Shown: one piece after another, positions 39,307 through 48,683 of the stretch
Layout of the letters: each line of letters opens with the position of its first letter
How positions within the stretch are numbered: position 1 is the first letter of the stretch
Program-made: the position numbers and the translations under genes
Virus record (IMG/VR): IMGVR_UViG_3300046824_000031
Location: 1,191 to 65,190 of that record
Length of the DNA stretch: 64,000 nucleotides
Source of the DNA: a virus
Reading direction: 5' to 3' (one strand)
The notes under the pieces: model-generated
Seen by the model: only the letters and a program-made list of their open reading frames with translations
Told to the model about the DNA's origin: nothing
Databases searched by the model: none

Positions 39307-39770
39307 CAGTCCGGCACCTCATCGGGGAGGAGTACGAGGGATCGCTTCCGCTGCTCTCGGGAGATCAGGTTCAGGCACTGGGACTTGATGCAGGCGGCTA
39401 CCTCCAGGACGATCCACCAGAGGTCTGCCCGTCCATGCAAGCGGGTCTCTATCCCCACCTGACCGTCGTCGTAGAACTCACTGTTAGGGGCGGCTTCCAT
39501 CCCCAGGCTGTACATCCGTTGGTACGCTTCTCTGGCGGTCACGTAGGCGATGGCAAAGTGGGGGATGCTGAGGTTCTCTTTAGGGACGTTGTAGACCAGA
39601 TGATAATGTTCCGGTGAGGCTTGGGCTCGTGGGCCTGGGGGAAGGATCAGGCCGTTCGCCTGAGCCTCCCCAACCGTACCCCCCTCAAGCCGCTTCATCT
39701 GGACCTGACGGAGGGCAGCCTGCCTCAAGGCCCACCGAAGCTGGGCGTCCCTCCCCTGGGGATCATTCAT
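39306..39770 (-). CDS. Hypothetical protein
   Basis: Coupled to the downstream gene. Confidence 0.6.
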   Translation of the reverse strand: MNDPQGRDAQLRWALRQAALRQVQMKRLEGGTVGEAQANGLILPPGPRAQASPEHYHLVYNVPKENLSIPHFAIAYVTAREAYQRMYSLGMEAAPNSEFYDDGQVGIETRLHGRADLWWIVLEVAACIKSQCLNLISREQRKRSLVLLPDEVPD

Positions 39771-39781
39771 TAGTCATCCGG

Positions 39782-40267
39782 TCAGTCTTGCTTTGTGGCA
39801 TATGCTCCATCTCCAAACAGATCTCGGTAGTTCACCCCTCGTTCTCGTAGCTCGCGGGCCTTCTTGAACATTTCCTGAACGTCATACTTCTGCTTCCGGT
39901 ACTCTAGTTCTCGTAGCCTTTCTGCCATCTCCGCTTTGATCGCTTTGTTGCGTCGTTCTTTCTCCGCATCGGTGAGAGTTTCTCCGGTGGGATCCTGATC
40001 TGCACGGACTCGCCGTTGAGAATCGTCGTCCCACCGCCAACCTTTCGGCATATACGGACCATGCACTGGACCCTTCTCTTCTTCCCTACCGGGCACTGGT
40101 TCGTTCCCCTGCGGATCAGACCCTTGTCGTGACTCGGGCAGAACATCGGCTCTCGGACTTGGGTCTTCAGGGTTGGCGTCGTGTTGGTCACCGCTGTCCT
40201 CGCGGCGATCCTTCCTGTGGGCATGGTCTTCCTCCATCTCCAGGGTGATCTGTACGGTGATCTTCAT
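39782..40267 (-). CDS. Hypothetical protein with CPSH/CP Zn-like motif and charged helix
   Basis: GGAG RBS; FCPSH..QCP..HGP. Confidence 0.55.
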   Translation of the reverse strand: MKITVQITLEMEEDHAHRKDRREDSGDQHDANPEDPSPRADVLPESRQGSDPQGNEPVPGREEEKGPVHGPYMPKGWRWDDDSQRRVRADQDPTGETLTDAEKERRNKAIKAEMAERLRELEYRKQKYDVQEMFKKARELRERGVNYRDLFGDGAYATKQD

Positions 40268-40270
40268 GAT

Positions 40271-41167
40271 CTACTCCGTTCGGTAGGCCCAGCCATCTAT
40301 GTCCAACTGTGGTCCCAGGTTCGGCGTCCCGCTCTCCCCTGCGTAGTGCTTCCTCAGGGACATCCAGGCCCTGTACGCCCCGAATCTGGCACCACCGCTC
40401 TTGGTGAGCCGTGCTGGCCCCTCCAGGGGCGTCCAGTGCCCATCACGCACGAATGACTGGCAGCGTTCCACGTCCTCCTCAAGAGTCTTAGCTTCTCCTG
40501 CTCGGCCATAGCTCGCCCTCCCACAACGAGCAGCCGAAAGCTGGGGGAGGAGAATAGGATTGATCGTGTTCCGTTCCTCCTCGGTCACATAGGGAAGGTG
40601 CCACGGAAAACTACAGGAACCTGGGGTAGGATGGAATCCGCACACAGGAATCCTCGTTATCGGAACACTCGAATTGTAGGCAGCGTACATCAGACCGGCG
40701 AGTTGTCGGTGTGCCCCCTGAGCATCCTCCCCGAGCCGTAGCTTCCAGTAGTTGTCCCAGTCGGTGGCAGTCGCCACGACGGTCGCATACATCCAGGGCT
40801 CTAGATACCGGTTTATGTCTTCCTTCGAAGCCTTGAGCTTCTCCATCTCCTGGACGATTTCCAGGACGTTCCGACGCAACGCTGCTTCCAGTGACGACAT
40901 CTTGCCAGCGTCTCCCGTAGACATCGGATCGGCTGGCTGCATGCCCCGCTTTCGGTAGTGCCACTGAGAGGGGAGGTACGGATCCATCTGGATCTGCTCC
41001 AGGATCTGCTGGGTCGGGCGGGCTCGGCTGCTCTCGGCACTGTTCCTGATCAGGGTGTGCTTGTTGAACTGGGCGATCAGGCACTTGGGCATCACCAGTT
41101 CAAACGTCGTGATCCTGGCCTTCGAGGTTTCCCCAACAGAATCCGCGACGATCTTTGCGGAGATCAC
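40271..41167 (-). CDS. thyX: Flavin-dependent thymidylate synthase-like (phage ThyX type)
   Basis: ITTFEL..AQFNKH..RNSAESSRA..HWTPLE; GTG start with GGGAGG RBS overlaps the polA TGA. Confidence 0.75.
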   Translation of the reverse strand: MISAKIVADSVGETSKARITTFELVMPKCLIAQFNKHTLIRNSAESSRARPTQQILEQIQMDPYLPSQWHYRKRGMQPADPMSTGDAGKMSSLEAALRRNVLEIVQEMEKLKASKEDINRYLEPWMYATVVATATDWDNYWKLRLGEDAQGAHRQLAGLMYAAYNSSVPITRIPVCGFHPTPGSCSFPWHLPYVTEEERNTINPILLPQLSAARCGRASYGRAGEAKTLEEDVERCQSFVRDGHWTPLEGPARLTKSGGARFGAYRAWMSLRKHYAGESGTPNLGPQLDIDGWAYRTE

Positions 41168-43137
41168 AGCCAGCACCTCCCCCAATCTATCCCGACGTTG
41201 ACGGGAGCATTCTTCCCCAACACATCCTGCATGCCCCTGATCATGCACGTCTTGGCGAGTTGAGCGAAGTCGTGACAGTCCTGCTCAGGGAACTCGAAGA
41301 GGACTTCATCGTAGATCTGGCCGAGAACGTATGGAGTCAAGCCGGCTTCCATCAGATACCTGAAGCTCGACTTCATCCCATAGGCTGCGGTCGATTGGAT
41401 GATCGTGTTCAACCAGGACGTAGGCTTCCGGTTGAATCCTTCGAGGGGCCGCTTGTAGCCGACCATGTTCTCGACAACAACACGATCCGTCGTCTCATCC
41501 ATCGCTCGGTAGGCCATGTTCTTGGTCTTGCGCAGTCCAGGATACAACGAGAAATACTGCTGCATCATGATCTCAGCTTCGCCTGTACTGAGCACCGTAT
41601 CGAACAGGGTCAGGGCCTGCGTGACCAGGCCGTCCCTGCCCCCTCCAAAGAGCAAGCCGAAGTTTGCGATCTTCGCAGCCTGCCGGCGAGGGTCTGCCTT
41701 GGTCATGTCCTTGTCGCCTGAGATCATCATGGCGGTCTTGAGATGAGGGTCACCCGTGGCACAGGCTGCGATGAGGGCTGGCTCATCAGCGAATACACCA
41801 GCCACGAGTACCTCGATAGCGGAGTAATCAAGACTCGCGATGAGATGGTTCTCCTCCGGCACGAAGAGTGAACGGAACTCTGTCGCCCTCGGGATCTGTA
41901 GAAGATTCGGTTTCCAGCACGAGGGGCGACTAGTCTCCGTTCCGATCTGATTCCAGCCAGGATGGAACCGCAGACATTGATTGCATACAAACTCGTCAAG
42001 GTAGTGTGGCCCCCAGTTCTTGAGCCGAGTGGCAAGATGCCGCTGCTGGAGCAGCTTGTCTACGGCAGGAAAGGTTCCAGCCATCTGTCGCAGCAGTTCC
42101 TTCCGAGTATGTGTGAGCTTCCCTCCCAGGACTTTCGTTGATGCCTCTATGATTTGCTTGGGACTGTTGAAGTTCTCCACCCCAGGCCACAGAGGAATCA
42201 GTTCCATCAGGACGTTGTGGTGTTCTTCCTTCCAGCCCTCAATAGCGTTCTTCCAGGCTGGCACGTCGGGCTTGATCCCGTTGACCGTCATCCAGGCGGT
42301 CCCGAAGACGGCCTCCTGTTCGATCCACGAGGCTCTCTCTTGTCCTGACTGGAGGATCTTCTTGTCAATAGCCCGGTTCAGATCGTTCAAGTACCCGATG
42401 TCTTCGAGCATGTAATCGACCATCTCGTCAGACCACGGGCCGGTCCAATCAGTGGTCTCGTGGTCGATGCCCTTCGTGATCTCGACCCCGAGGTTCTCAG
42501 CCAGGACCGCCTGCAGATCGTTGGGCTCCCAGAGTTGGGGGCGACCAGCTTTAGCGGCCCCTGTTTTCGTGCGGTAATCGTGGGATATCTGGGACTTGAG
42601 CATCGTGTCCTGGATATTCCTGGCGTAGACCTGCCCATTCTCCCGATCAGGGCAGTGCTCGATCATCCAGGCCAGATCGAACTTGGCGTTGTGCATGACC
42701 TTGGGGATCGAGGCATCAGCCAGTAGCTCAGGCCACCACTCGGGAAGCTCTCGGAAGATGTACTTCACTCCGGCGGCTTCGACAATAACGGCCCCGATAG
42801 CAGCTTCCGCCGACGCATGCGGATGGAGTCCTTTGGTTTCGAGGTCGACGGCGACGGGGGTGCTGGGATTGCTGGCGAGAGACTTCCTGAGAGCGTCGCT
42901 GTCATCGGAATAACGGGGCCTCCCCACACGGCGGGAGGTGGGAAGGTGGGCACCACGGGCGTTGTCGCTAACGCACGAGACATCTTCAGCATCACCCACT
43001 GCTGGGACAGATTGAAGCCCTTCCAGTACTTGGGGCTCCACTCTAGCTGGAGCATCGTTTCGGTCATCAGCAACAGGGGGTTGGGTGCCGGGTGTAGTGC
43101 GGATGCGGGTTCTGCTCGCCATGCGATGGCTCTCCAA
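41164..43137 (-). CDS. polA: Family A DNA polymerase with 3'-5' exonuclease
   Basis: DLETKG, HNAKFD, YMLED; motif A DYSAIE, B KIANFGLLFG, C IYDE; start uncertain (ATG 43122 has a GGAG). Confidence 0.9.
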   Translation of the reverse strand: MESHRMASRTRIRTTPGTQPPVADDRNDAPARVEPQVLEGLQSVPAVGDAEDVSCVSDNARGAHLPTSRRVGRPRYSDDSDALRKSLASNPSTPVAVDLETKGLHPHASAEAAIGAVIVEAAGVKYIFRELPEWWPELLADASIPKVMHNAKFDLAWMIEHCPDRENGQVYARNIQDTMLKSQISHDYRTKTGAAKAGRPQLWEPNDLQAVLAENLGVEITKGIDHETTDWTGPWSDEMVDYMLEDIGYLNDLNRAIDKKILQSGQERASWIEQEAVFGTAWMTVNGIKPDVPAWKNAIEGWKEEHHNVLMELIPLWPGVENFNSPKQIIEASTKVLGGKLTHTRKELLRQMAGTFPAVDKLLQQRHLATRLKNWGPHYLDEFVCNQCLRFHPGWNQIGTETSRPSCWKPNLLQIPRATEFRSLFVPEENHLIASLDYSAIEVLVAGVFADEPALIAACATGDPHLKTAMMISGDKDMTKADPRRQAAKIANFGLLFGGGRDGLVTQALTLFDTVLSTGEAEIMMQQYFSLYPGLRKTKNMAYRAMDETTDRVVVENMVGYKRPLEGFNRKPTSWLNTIIQSTAAYGMKSSFRYLMEAGLTPYVLGQIYDEVLFEFPEQDCHDFAQLAKTCMIRGMQDVLGKNAPVNVGIDWGRCWL

Positions 43138-43454
43138 TCGAAGAGATACAGCGTTCTGTTCTGGCCGACGGCCAGGATGGGGACACCAACGTCAGACTTC
43201 GCGACTCCCGACAGTGCCTGTCTCTGCCCTGGGGTCACGTCGCTCAGCAGGTTGATGGACCGGCGAGAGTTGGGGATCGACTTGACTTCGATCATCCAGT
43301 ACCGGCCGAGTTGATCGCAGGCATGCCAGTCTATTCTCGGCTGCCCGCCGTACATCGGGGAGTCGTACGGCTTGTAGCTGTAGACGAACTCAGGGTGGAG
43401 GCGAGGTTCGAGCAGCAGCCCGATCCTCGCCTCCCATGGGGTCTTACCAGCCAT
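42765..43454 (-). CDS. PD-(D/E)xK nuclease, RecU/Holliday junction resolvase-like
   Basis: RIDWHAC..WMIEVKS..TPGQRQAL. Confidence 0.65.
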   Translation of the reverse strand: MAGKTPWEARIGLLLEPRLHPEFVYSYKPYDSPMYGGQPRIDWHACDQLGRYWMIEVKSIPNSRRSINLLSDVTPGQRQALSGVAKSDVGVPILAVGQNRTLYLFDWRAIAWRAEPASALHPAPNPLLLMTETMLQLEWSPKYWKGFNLSQQWVMLKMSRALATTPVVPTFPPPAVWGGPVIPMTATLSGSLSPAIPAPPSPSTSKPKDSIRMRRRKLLSGPLLSKPPE

Positions 43455-44205
43455 GGCGGAACACCCTCATAACGCGCGCTCCTGCCCTCAGGAGGGCGTT
43501 TCTACGGTTCACCCAGGTCTGAGTACCTTTACCTGCGGTTGGGGGGCTCTTGCCCTCCCAGACAGCGATGACGTTTCTCCAGAAGATCCGATGATCTTCC
43601 CTCCCCAGAGCCTGTACTGTCCGCTGATTCAGGATCCGGCAGTTCGTGCAGGCAAACGGAGATCGGAAGACGAGCGTCCAACTCAGGCCCCACTTGTGGA
43701 ATCGGAGGGCTCGTTCGGTGGGCCAGAGGGCGAACGTTCGAGAGCAGACTCGGCAGAGGTACAGCCCTGAAGTCCGTGGCTTCTCGTTCGGCTCGAAGTC
43801 CTCGCGAGGTTCGAGACTCTCCGGTACAGCGTTAGCCGACGAGACCTTCGACTTCAGCGGCAGGATCTTGACGCGGGAGTAGTCGATGGGATCCGTCGCT
43901 TCGACCCCCTCCCAGATGTTCTCGGGCCGATCTGATCGGGGGATCTTCTCTTTGGTTCGCCAGTCAGGGCCAGGGTGGTCCATCAGATAGCGGTCCACTG
44001 CACTGATGTCGTTCTCAGTACGGCGGGGATCCTTCTGGAAGTACCCAGGGTAGGGTTCCTCCCAGTTCATCAGACGTAGATCTTCGTCGGTCAGGGCCTG
44101 ACGCTTCTCATCGGACATGGAGTACACGGCCAGTCGGACCTGGGATAGAGCCAGCCGTTTGGCGTGAGCTAGCCCTCTATCCATCTCGTCATCGGTCGGC
44201 TGCAT
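43444..44205 (-). CDS. Hypothetical protein with C-terminal CxxC..CxxC
   Basis: GAGGAG RBS before ATG 44205; CRVC and CTNC. Confidence 0.6.
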   Translation of the reverse strand: MQPTDDEMDRGLAHAKRLALSQVRLAVYSMSDEKRQALTDEDLRLMNWEEPYPGYFQKDPRRTENDISAVDRYLMDHPGPDWRTKEKIPRSDRPENIWEGVEATDPIDYSRVKILPLKSKVSSANAVPESLEPREDFEPNEKPRTSGLYLCRVCSRTFALWPTERALRFHKWGLSWTLVFRSPFACTNCRILNQRTVQALGREDHRIFWRNVIAVWEGKSPPTAGKGTQTWVNRRNALLRAGARVMRVFRHGW

Positions 44206-44236
44206 CGGGGTCTCCTCAGTGAGGTTTGACACGGCT

Positions 44237-44265
44237 ACTGTATCACGTTGTCTCGGAGGGGTCAA
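44237..44265 (-). promoter_or_regulatory. Sigma70-type promoter TTGACC-17-TACAGT
   Basis: -35 at 44265-60, -10 at 44242-37, upstream of ATG 44205. Confidence 0.6.
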
Positions 44266-46267
44266 CGGCCTCAGTGTCCGTGTCCTGTCCTGGATCGTAG
44301 ACCGTAGCCTCAGCTACTTTGTACAGTCCCCCTATGCGTTTGTTCTGCTCGGTCATCACCAGCTTGCCGTCTTCCACGAGCTTGCCGATGTGTCGATGGA
44401 TCGTAGACTCGGAGGGGGCGGGCTTGCCTGGTACGGTCCAGGCTTGCTGCAGCATGAGGGTCAGTTGCTTGGTTCTGAAACCTGGGGTGCCTGGACCAGG
44501 AGCCATAGCCGGCATAGCAAAGCACTCTTCGAGGATCCACTCCTCAATCTTCTTCGCATCCCCACCCGATTCGGCATAGGCTGTGGCCCTTGCTTCGGAG
44601 AGCTTGCAAAGATATTGCACGCTCGTAAAGAGCCCGTCGTTCGTAGAAAAACGAGCCACCCAGGACGGAAGCTCAAGCGATGTCCTGGCCTTGACGTGGT
44701 GCATCGTCACCAGCTTCTCGTCGTTGTCCTCCATAGCGGTGCCGGAGCTATAGAGGAACATCATCACGCAGGCATCAGCCTGCTGATAGAGTTGGCCTGA
44801 GCCACGCACCGAGAACTGAGATACAGGTTCTCCCTTCTTGACTCTACCTCCCGGTGGCTTGAGCAAATGATGGAGCAGCGCAAAGCTACAGCCCGTTCTC
44901 TCGATGATCCCCCGCAGGACTGAGTAGAACTCTCCGACCTCAGAGGCGCTGTTCTCGTCGCCGTGCCAGGACATCGACAGTGAGTCCAGGATCACGAGCT
45001 TGGCGCCTGTTGCCATGACGGCATCCTCGAGCCGGTCCCTATCGTCGGGCTTGTTCAGGTCAAACTCTGGCTCGATGGGGAAGATCAGGTGCGAGGCGAC
45101 GGTCTCCTTGTAGCCCGGTATGCTTTTGTACTTCTCGTCCAGGGTCAGAGTTTTGAGACGCTGACCCAGAATCATGCCGGACATTTCTTTGTTGATGTAG
45201 AGCGTCGTGAAGGGGTCGGACTCAAAGACCAAGGAGGGGTGTGAGAGCCACGGAAATCCAAAAGCCGAGTCCAACCCCAGCCCCAGGGCATTCCAGGTCT
45301 TGTAGGTACCGCTGTGGCCCGCTATGAGGGTGATAGATCGGTCGGGGATGAGGGGGTAGATCAAATGCGGGATCTTATCGCCCGCTTCTTCGATCAGTTC
45401 CAGCCCCGTCTTCAGTCGGAAAGGTCTTCGCTGTCCAGACTGATCGGAGATGGCTCGCTCAGGGGTTTGGGCGAACCCCAGAAGATCCCGAAGCGTGCCA
45501 CCCCCTGCCAACCAATCATCAGCCCCCTGCTTTTCCATCCCGGCAGGAGGCGTGACCACGAGAAGAGTGCGATGCTCCCCAGTCTTAGACGACAGGTAAG
45601 TCGCACATCCATTCCAGCCGGAGGACACACGGTTGTTGGTTCGGTAGTCACTGTCGGAGTTGATGAAGACACGTCGGCCTCCCCAGGCAATGTCCAGAAA
45701 ATCAGGGGAGGCGATGCTGGATCGGGGCTGAGGATTCTCCTCCCCCTCCTCGCTCTCCCCGATCTTGTTTCTCCACCCATCACAGCCGTTGACGGCGATG
45801 ACCAGCAGGGGGAAGTCTTCAGCTATCGACGCACTCAACACGGCGTCGGCTTTCTTGATGCCCTCGGTAATAAAGACCGGGGCATCTGTGTCGTACAGGA
45901 GATCCAAGCTATCGGGGTGTACGTCCAGGCAGAGCCGGAGTCCCGTCGGCCAGACGTACTTGTAGGGACTGTCTCCCCCAAACATCCTGATGATCTGTCC
46001 GTGGTTCTGTTCGTCAGGTCGCCAGATCGGTATCGCCATCCAGGACTCGGCTTTCAGGACCGACGGTCCGACGATCCCTCGGCTCACGAGGTGGGTGACC
46101 TGAAGTTTTGAGAGACTGTGATACCCACGCCGGTCAATGATCTCAGGTGAGATCTGGCTGGAGATCTCCAACACCTCACGGTGCTCAGGATCTAGAGATC
46201 TCGACGCGCTCGGGGCGATCTCTTCCCACACGTCAAGATGCGATGACATACACACTCCAGACGACAA
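44243..46267 (-). CDS. Primase-helicase (DUF3854/TOPRIM-like + RecA-type AAA_25 + C-terminal wHTH)
   Basis: FITEGIKKADA, DSD, IAGHSGTYKT, LVILDSL, LLHH; likely start 46249. Confidence 0.85.
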   Translation of the reverse strand: MSSGVCMSSHLDVWEEIAPSASRSLDPEHREVLEISSQISPEIIDRRGYHSLSKLQVTHLVSRGIVGPSVLKAESWMAIPIWRPDEQNHGQIIRMFGGDSPYKYVWPTGLRLCLDVHPDSLDLLYDTDAPVFITEGIKKADAVLSASIAEDFPLLVIAVNGCDGWRNKIGESEEGEENPQPRSSIASPDFLDIAWGGRRVFINSDSDYRTNNRVSSGWNGCATYLSSKTGEHRTLLVVTPPAGMEKQGADDWLAGGGTLRDLLGFAQTPERAISDQSGQRRPFRLKTGLELIEEAGDKIPHLIYPLIPDRSITLIAGHSGTYKTWNALGLGLDSAFGFPWLSHPSLVFESDPFTTLYINKEMSGMILGQRLKTLTLDEKYKSIPGYKETVASHLIFPIEPEFDLNKPDDRDRLEDAVMATGAKLVILDSLSMSWHGDENSASEVGEFYSVLRGIIERTGCSFALLHHLLKPPGGRVKKGEPVSQFSVRGSGQLYQQADACVMMFLYSSGTAMEDNDEKLVTMHHVKARTSLELPSWVARFSTNDGLFTSVQYLCKLSEARATAYAESGGDAKKIEEWILEECFAMPAMAPGPGTPGFRTKQLTLMLQQAWTVPGKPAPSESTIHRHIGKLVEDGKLVMTEQNKRIGGLYKVAEATVYDPGQDTDTEAVDPSETT

Positions 46268-46292
46268 GGGGCCGAGCTTCCTGCTCGGCCCC
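46264..46292 (-). terminator. Hairpin terminator after the SSB-like gene
   Basis: Perfect 10-bp stem GGGGCCGAGC/GCTCGGCCCC, then TTGT on the minus strand. Confidence 0.6.
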
Positions 46293-46312
46293 AGCCAGCA
46301 TACCTCGTCTGA

Positions 46313-47329
46313 TTAGTTGGAGGTGTCGTCGTCTTCCATGCTTGCCCGAAGATTCGCCGACCCCATCTGCCGGGCCATTGACGCAGCACGACGAGCGATC
46401 CGCTCGAAGCCCTCAGCGTCAGTGCTGTCGTAGAAATCTACGGTCGGGATGTAGAACGTGCCTCGGGGATTGGTCTTGATCTCCACCCCCAGTTCGAGGA
46501 TCACGGTGTTCCAGACCCCGCCAGCCTCCATGACCTGGGTGATCAGGTTCTTGGCTGCCTGGGTGGCAGTCGAGCGGAGCCTGAGCATGCCCGTCATCGG
46601 CTTGGCCTTCGCGGGGTTCTCGATCTCAGACTCACGGATGATCAAGCCTGGGAAGTTGTAGGTCTGGCCGCACGGGGGAGGCTTGTTGTCCGTCCAGAGA
46701 CGGAGCGGGCAGCCCCGACGATCTGCTGGCATGGTCAGGCGCTCTTCGTAGGTGCCCTCGCAGGATCCACCAGGATCGCCCTCTCCATTGAGCAGGTCGA
46801 AGGACCGGCACATCAGGCCCTGACCCTGTACGAAGTAGGCCCGCGACTTCCGCATGTCAGCCGGGATGAAGTAGACCGTCTCGCCCAGGTTCTCACCGCT
46901 GGTGCTGTGATACCAGTTCCCCTGCTGGACACCCTCGGCCCCCTTGGTCCGCTGGTAGGTCATGTTCGTCTTGCTCATGGCCTGGGAAAGCTGGAGCTTC
47001 GGGATGATCATGTCGCCAGCCGTGATCTGGCGGGTCAGATCTTCCTGCACGGGCTGAGCAACAGCGAGCGGCATCGAGACGCGCGGAGCCGCAGGACGGG
47101 CGTCGATCACGGTCCCGTTGCCCTGCTTCACGTCGTTCACGATCTGCCCAATGGACGGCGGCAGATCATCGGAGCCGAACGCCTCTTCGGCAGCGGCGTC
47201 AACGTCATCGTGCTCGATCTCGGCGGGAGTAGGTTCGGGAGTGGGCGCAGGCTGCGCGTCGATCTTGGAGCGGGCAGCGGTCGATGCGGCACGACGGGCA
47301 GCGCGGGCGCCAGTTGCTGGGGTTGCCAT
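46313..47329 (-). CDS. Putative ssDNA-binding protein
   Basis: IIPKLQLSQAMS, GNWY, aromatic beta core, acidic C-terminus; first gene of the replication operon. Confidence 0.55.
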   Translation of the reverse strand: MATPATGARAARRAASTAARSKIDAQPAPTPEPTPAEIEHDDVDAAAEEAFGSDDLPPSIGQIVNDVKQGNGTVIDARPAAPRVSMPLAVAQPVQEDLTRQITAGDMIIPKLQLSQAMSKTNMTYQRTKGAEGVQQGNWYHSTSGENLGETVYFIPADMRKSRAYFVQGQGLMCRSFDLLNGEGDPGGSCEGTYEERLTMPADRRGCPLRLWTDNKPPPCGQTYNFPGLIIRESEIENPAKAKPMTGMLRLRSTATQAAKNLITQVMEAGGVWNTVILELGVEIKTNPRGTFYIPTVDFYDSTDAEGFERIARRAASMARQMGSANLRASMEDDDTSN

Positions 47330-47391
47330 TCTCGGATCCCTTCGGTTCGTTCTGCACTACTGCGCAACTTGGATGACTGATTACGGCCTTC

Positions 47392-47420
47392 AGCATACCA
47401 GAGTCTGAAAGCCGTGTCAA
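47392..47420 (-). promoter_or_regulatory. Sigma70-type promoter TTGACA-17-TATGCT
   Basis: -35 at 47420-15, -10 at 47397-92, upstream of the SSB-like gene. Confidence 0.75.
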
Positions 47421-47516
47421 TCAGGGCGGAACCTGGCCTGTTTCCCGCCTCCACAGGGAGCGGCCCAGGTATAGTTTTGCAATGTGGGAGTGTCATATCC
47501 CACGAGGAGGTACGTC

Positions 47517-47879
47517 ATGGCGATGAGGTTACTACCGGTTCCGCATAACTTCCGTGCCGAGATGGCTCGGTATCGGATCACGCGGGCCGAGATCTGCGAG
47601 GTCATCGGGATGAACCAGAACCAGTTCTCCGATTACATCAACGAACTCCGGCCCCTTCAGCCGTGGGTCATGCACAACATCGGCTTCGCGATCAACACGT
47701 TGGTCGGGCTGGAGATCTTCAGGACCGACATGAAGCTGGGGGTGGTCGCTCCCCCAACACCGCAGGGTGGGGGAGGAACACTGGCCGAAGCTCGGCAGGA
47801 GATCGCGCTCAACGTGTCGCGGGAGCAGAACTGGTCTCGCAAGAAGTTGGTGGGGGGCGAAACGCCCGTCAAGAATTGA
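47517..47879 (+). CDS. XRE/Cro-CI-type HTH transcriptional regulator
   Basis: ITRAEICEVIGMNQNQFSDYINE HTH; GAGGAGG RBS; only + gene in the minus arm. Confidence 0.8.
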   Translation: MAMRLLPVPHNFRAEMARYRITRAEICEVIGMNQNQFSDYINELRPLQPWVMHNIGFAINTLVGLEIFRTDMKLGVVAPPTPQGGGGTLAEARQEIALNVSREQNWSRKKLVGGETPVKN

Positions 47880-47980
47880 GATACGGCGGTTCTCTTTCTT
47901 GCAGATGGGGGTCGAAAAAGAAAGATTCTGATTACAGAACTTCTTTCCCATACCCCCTCATCCCTGAGGCGATCCTGCGG

Positions 47981-48047
47981 GTGCGTCACCGAGAAAGTCA
48001 CCGACCCCCCTACGGGGGAGTCGTCGGTGACTTACTCGGAGACGCAC
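47981..48047. repeat. Long imperfect inverted repeat (~28 bp paired)
   Basis: GTGCGTC-a-CCGAG-a-AAGTCACCGAC pairs with GTCGGTGACTT-a-CTCGG-a-GACGCAC, plus inner C5/G5. Confidence 0.85.
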
Positions 48048-48118
48048 TCACAGACAGGATTTCAACTCGCCTCCGAAATTTTTTCGCAAGTTTTCACTAA
48101 CTTTCACCCCCCACATTA

Positions 48119-48153
48119 CAAAAAGATATCACCCTGTATATCAAAAAGATATC
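48119..48153. repeat. Direct repeat CAAAAAGATATCA x2 in an AT-rich core
   Basis: Directly visible. Confidence 0.75.
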
Positions 48154-48241
48154 ATCCCCTTCCTATCTGGTATCTCGTTTCTGTGATAGGTTTTCCCACC
48201 CCTCACGGGGAGATTTTCCGAAGTTTTCCTACGGTGACACG

Positions 48242-48317
48242 AATGTCCTGACAATCGAACCCTTCACGGGTAAGTCACCCAAAAACAGGGTTTGAAGGGT
48301 TCGATTGTCAGGACATT
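48242..48317. repeat. Perfect 25-bp inverted repeat with 26-nt spacer
   Basis: AATGTCCTGACAATCGAACCCTTCA (48242-66) and TGAAGGGTTCGATTGTCAGGACATT (48293-317). Confidence 0.95.
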
Positions 48318-48371
48318 TCGGTCCTATTCAGGGGGTGTATCGCGTCATGTGTGCGTACACCCGTCTCTTAT

Positions 48372-48683
48372 TTAGTCCTCAACGGCGATGTAATACCCCC
48401 CGTTCTTGGTGATCTGCACGTCGATTCCCTCGACAGATCGTACCCGGTAGACGTACTGCTTTACGCTAGCCGGCTGTAGTCCTAGACGACCGGCAATTTC
48501 CTCTGCTGTCATCGGGTATTGCTCGCTCGCTTCCTCCCATAACAGCCGGACGAATGCCTGTCGGGCACGGGGCGGGCGACCGATAAACTTGCTCGGCTCC
48601 TCAGTATCCAGGCGTCTGCACAACTGCTTACACGTTGGGCAGACGTGCCGCCCAGGCACGTTCGAGATGTCCCGAATCCTCAT
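48372..48683 (-). CDS. Zn-finger + HTH protein
   Basis: CPTC; MTAEEIAGRLGLQPASVKQYVYRVR. Confidence 0.65.
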   Translation of the reverse strand: MRIRDISNVPGRHVCPTCKQLCRRLDTEEPSKFIGRPPRARQAFVRLLWEEASEQYPMTAEEIAGRLGLQPASVKQYVYRVRSVEGIDVQITKNGGYYIAVED

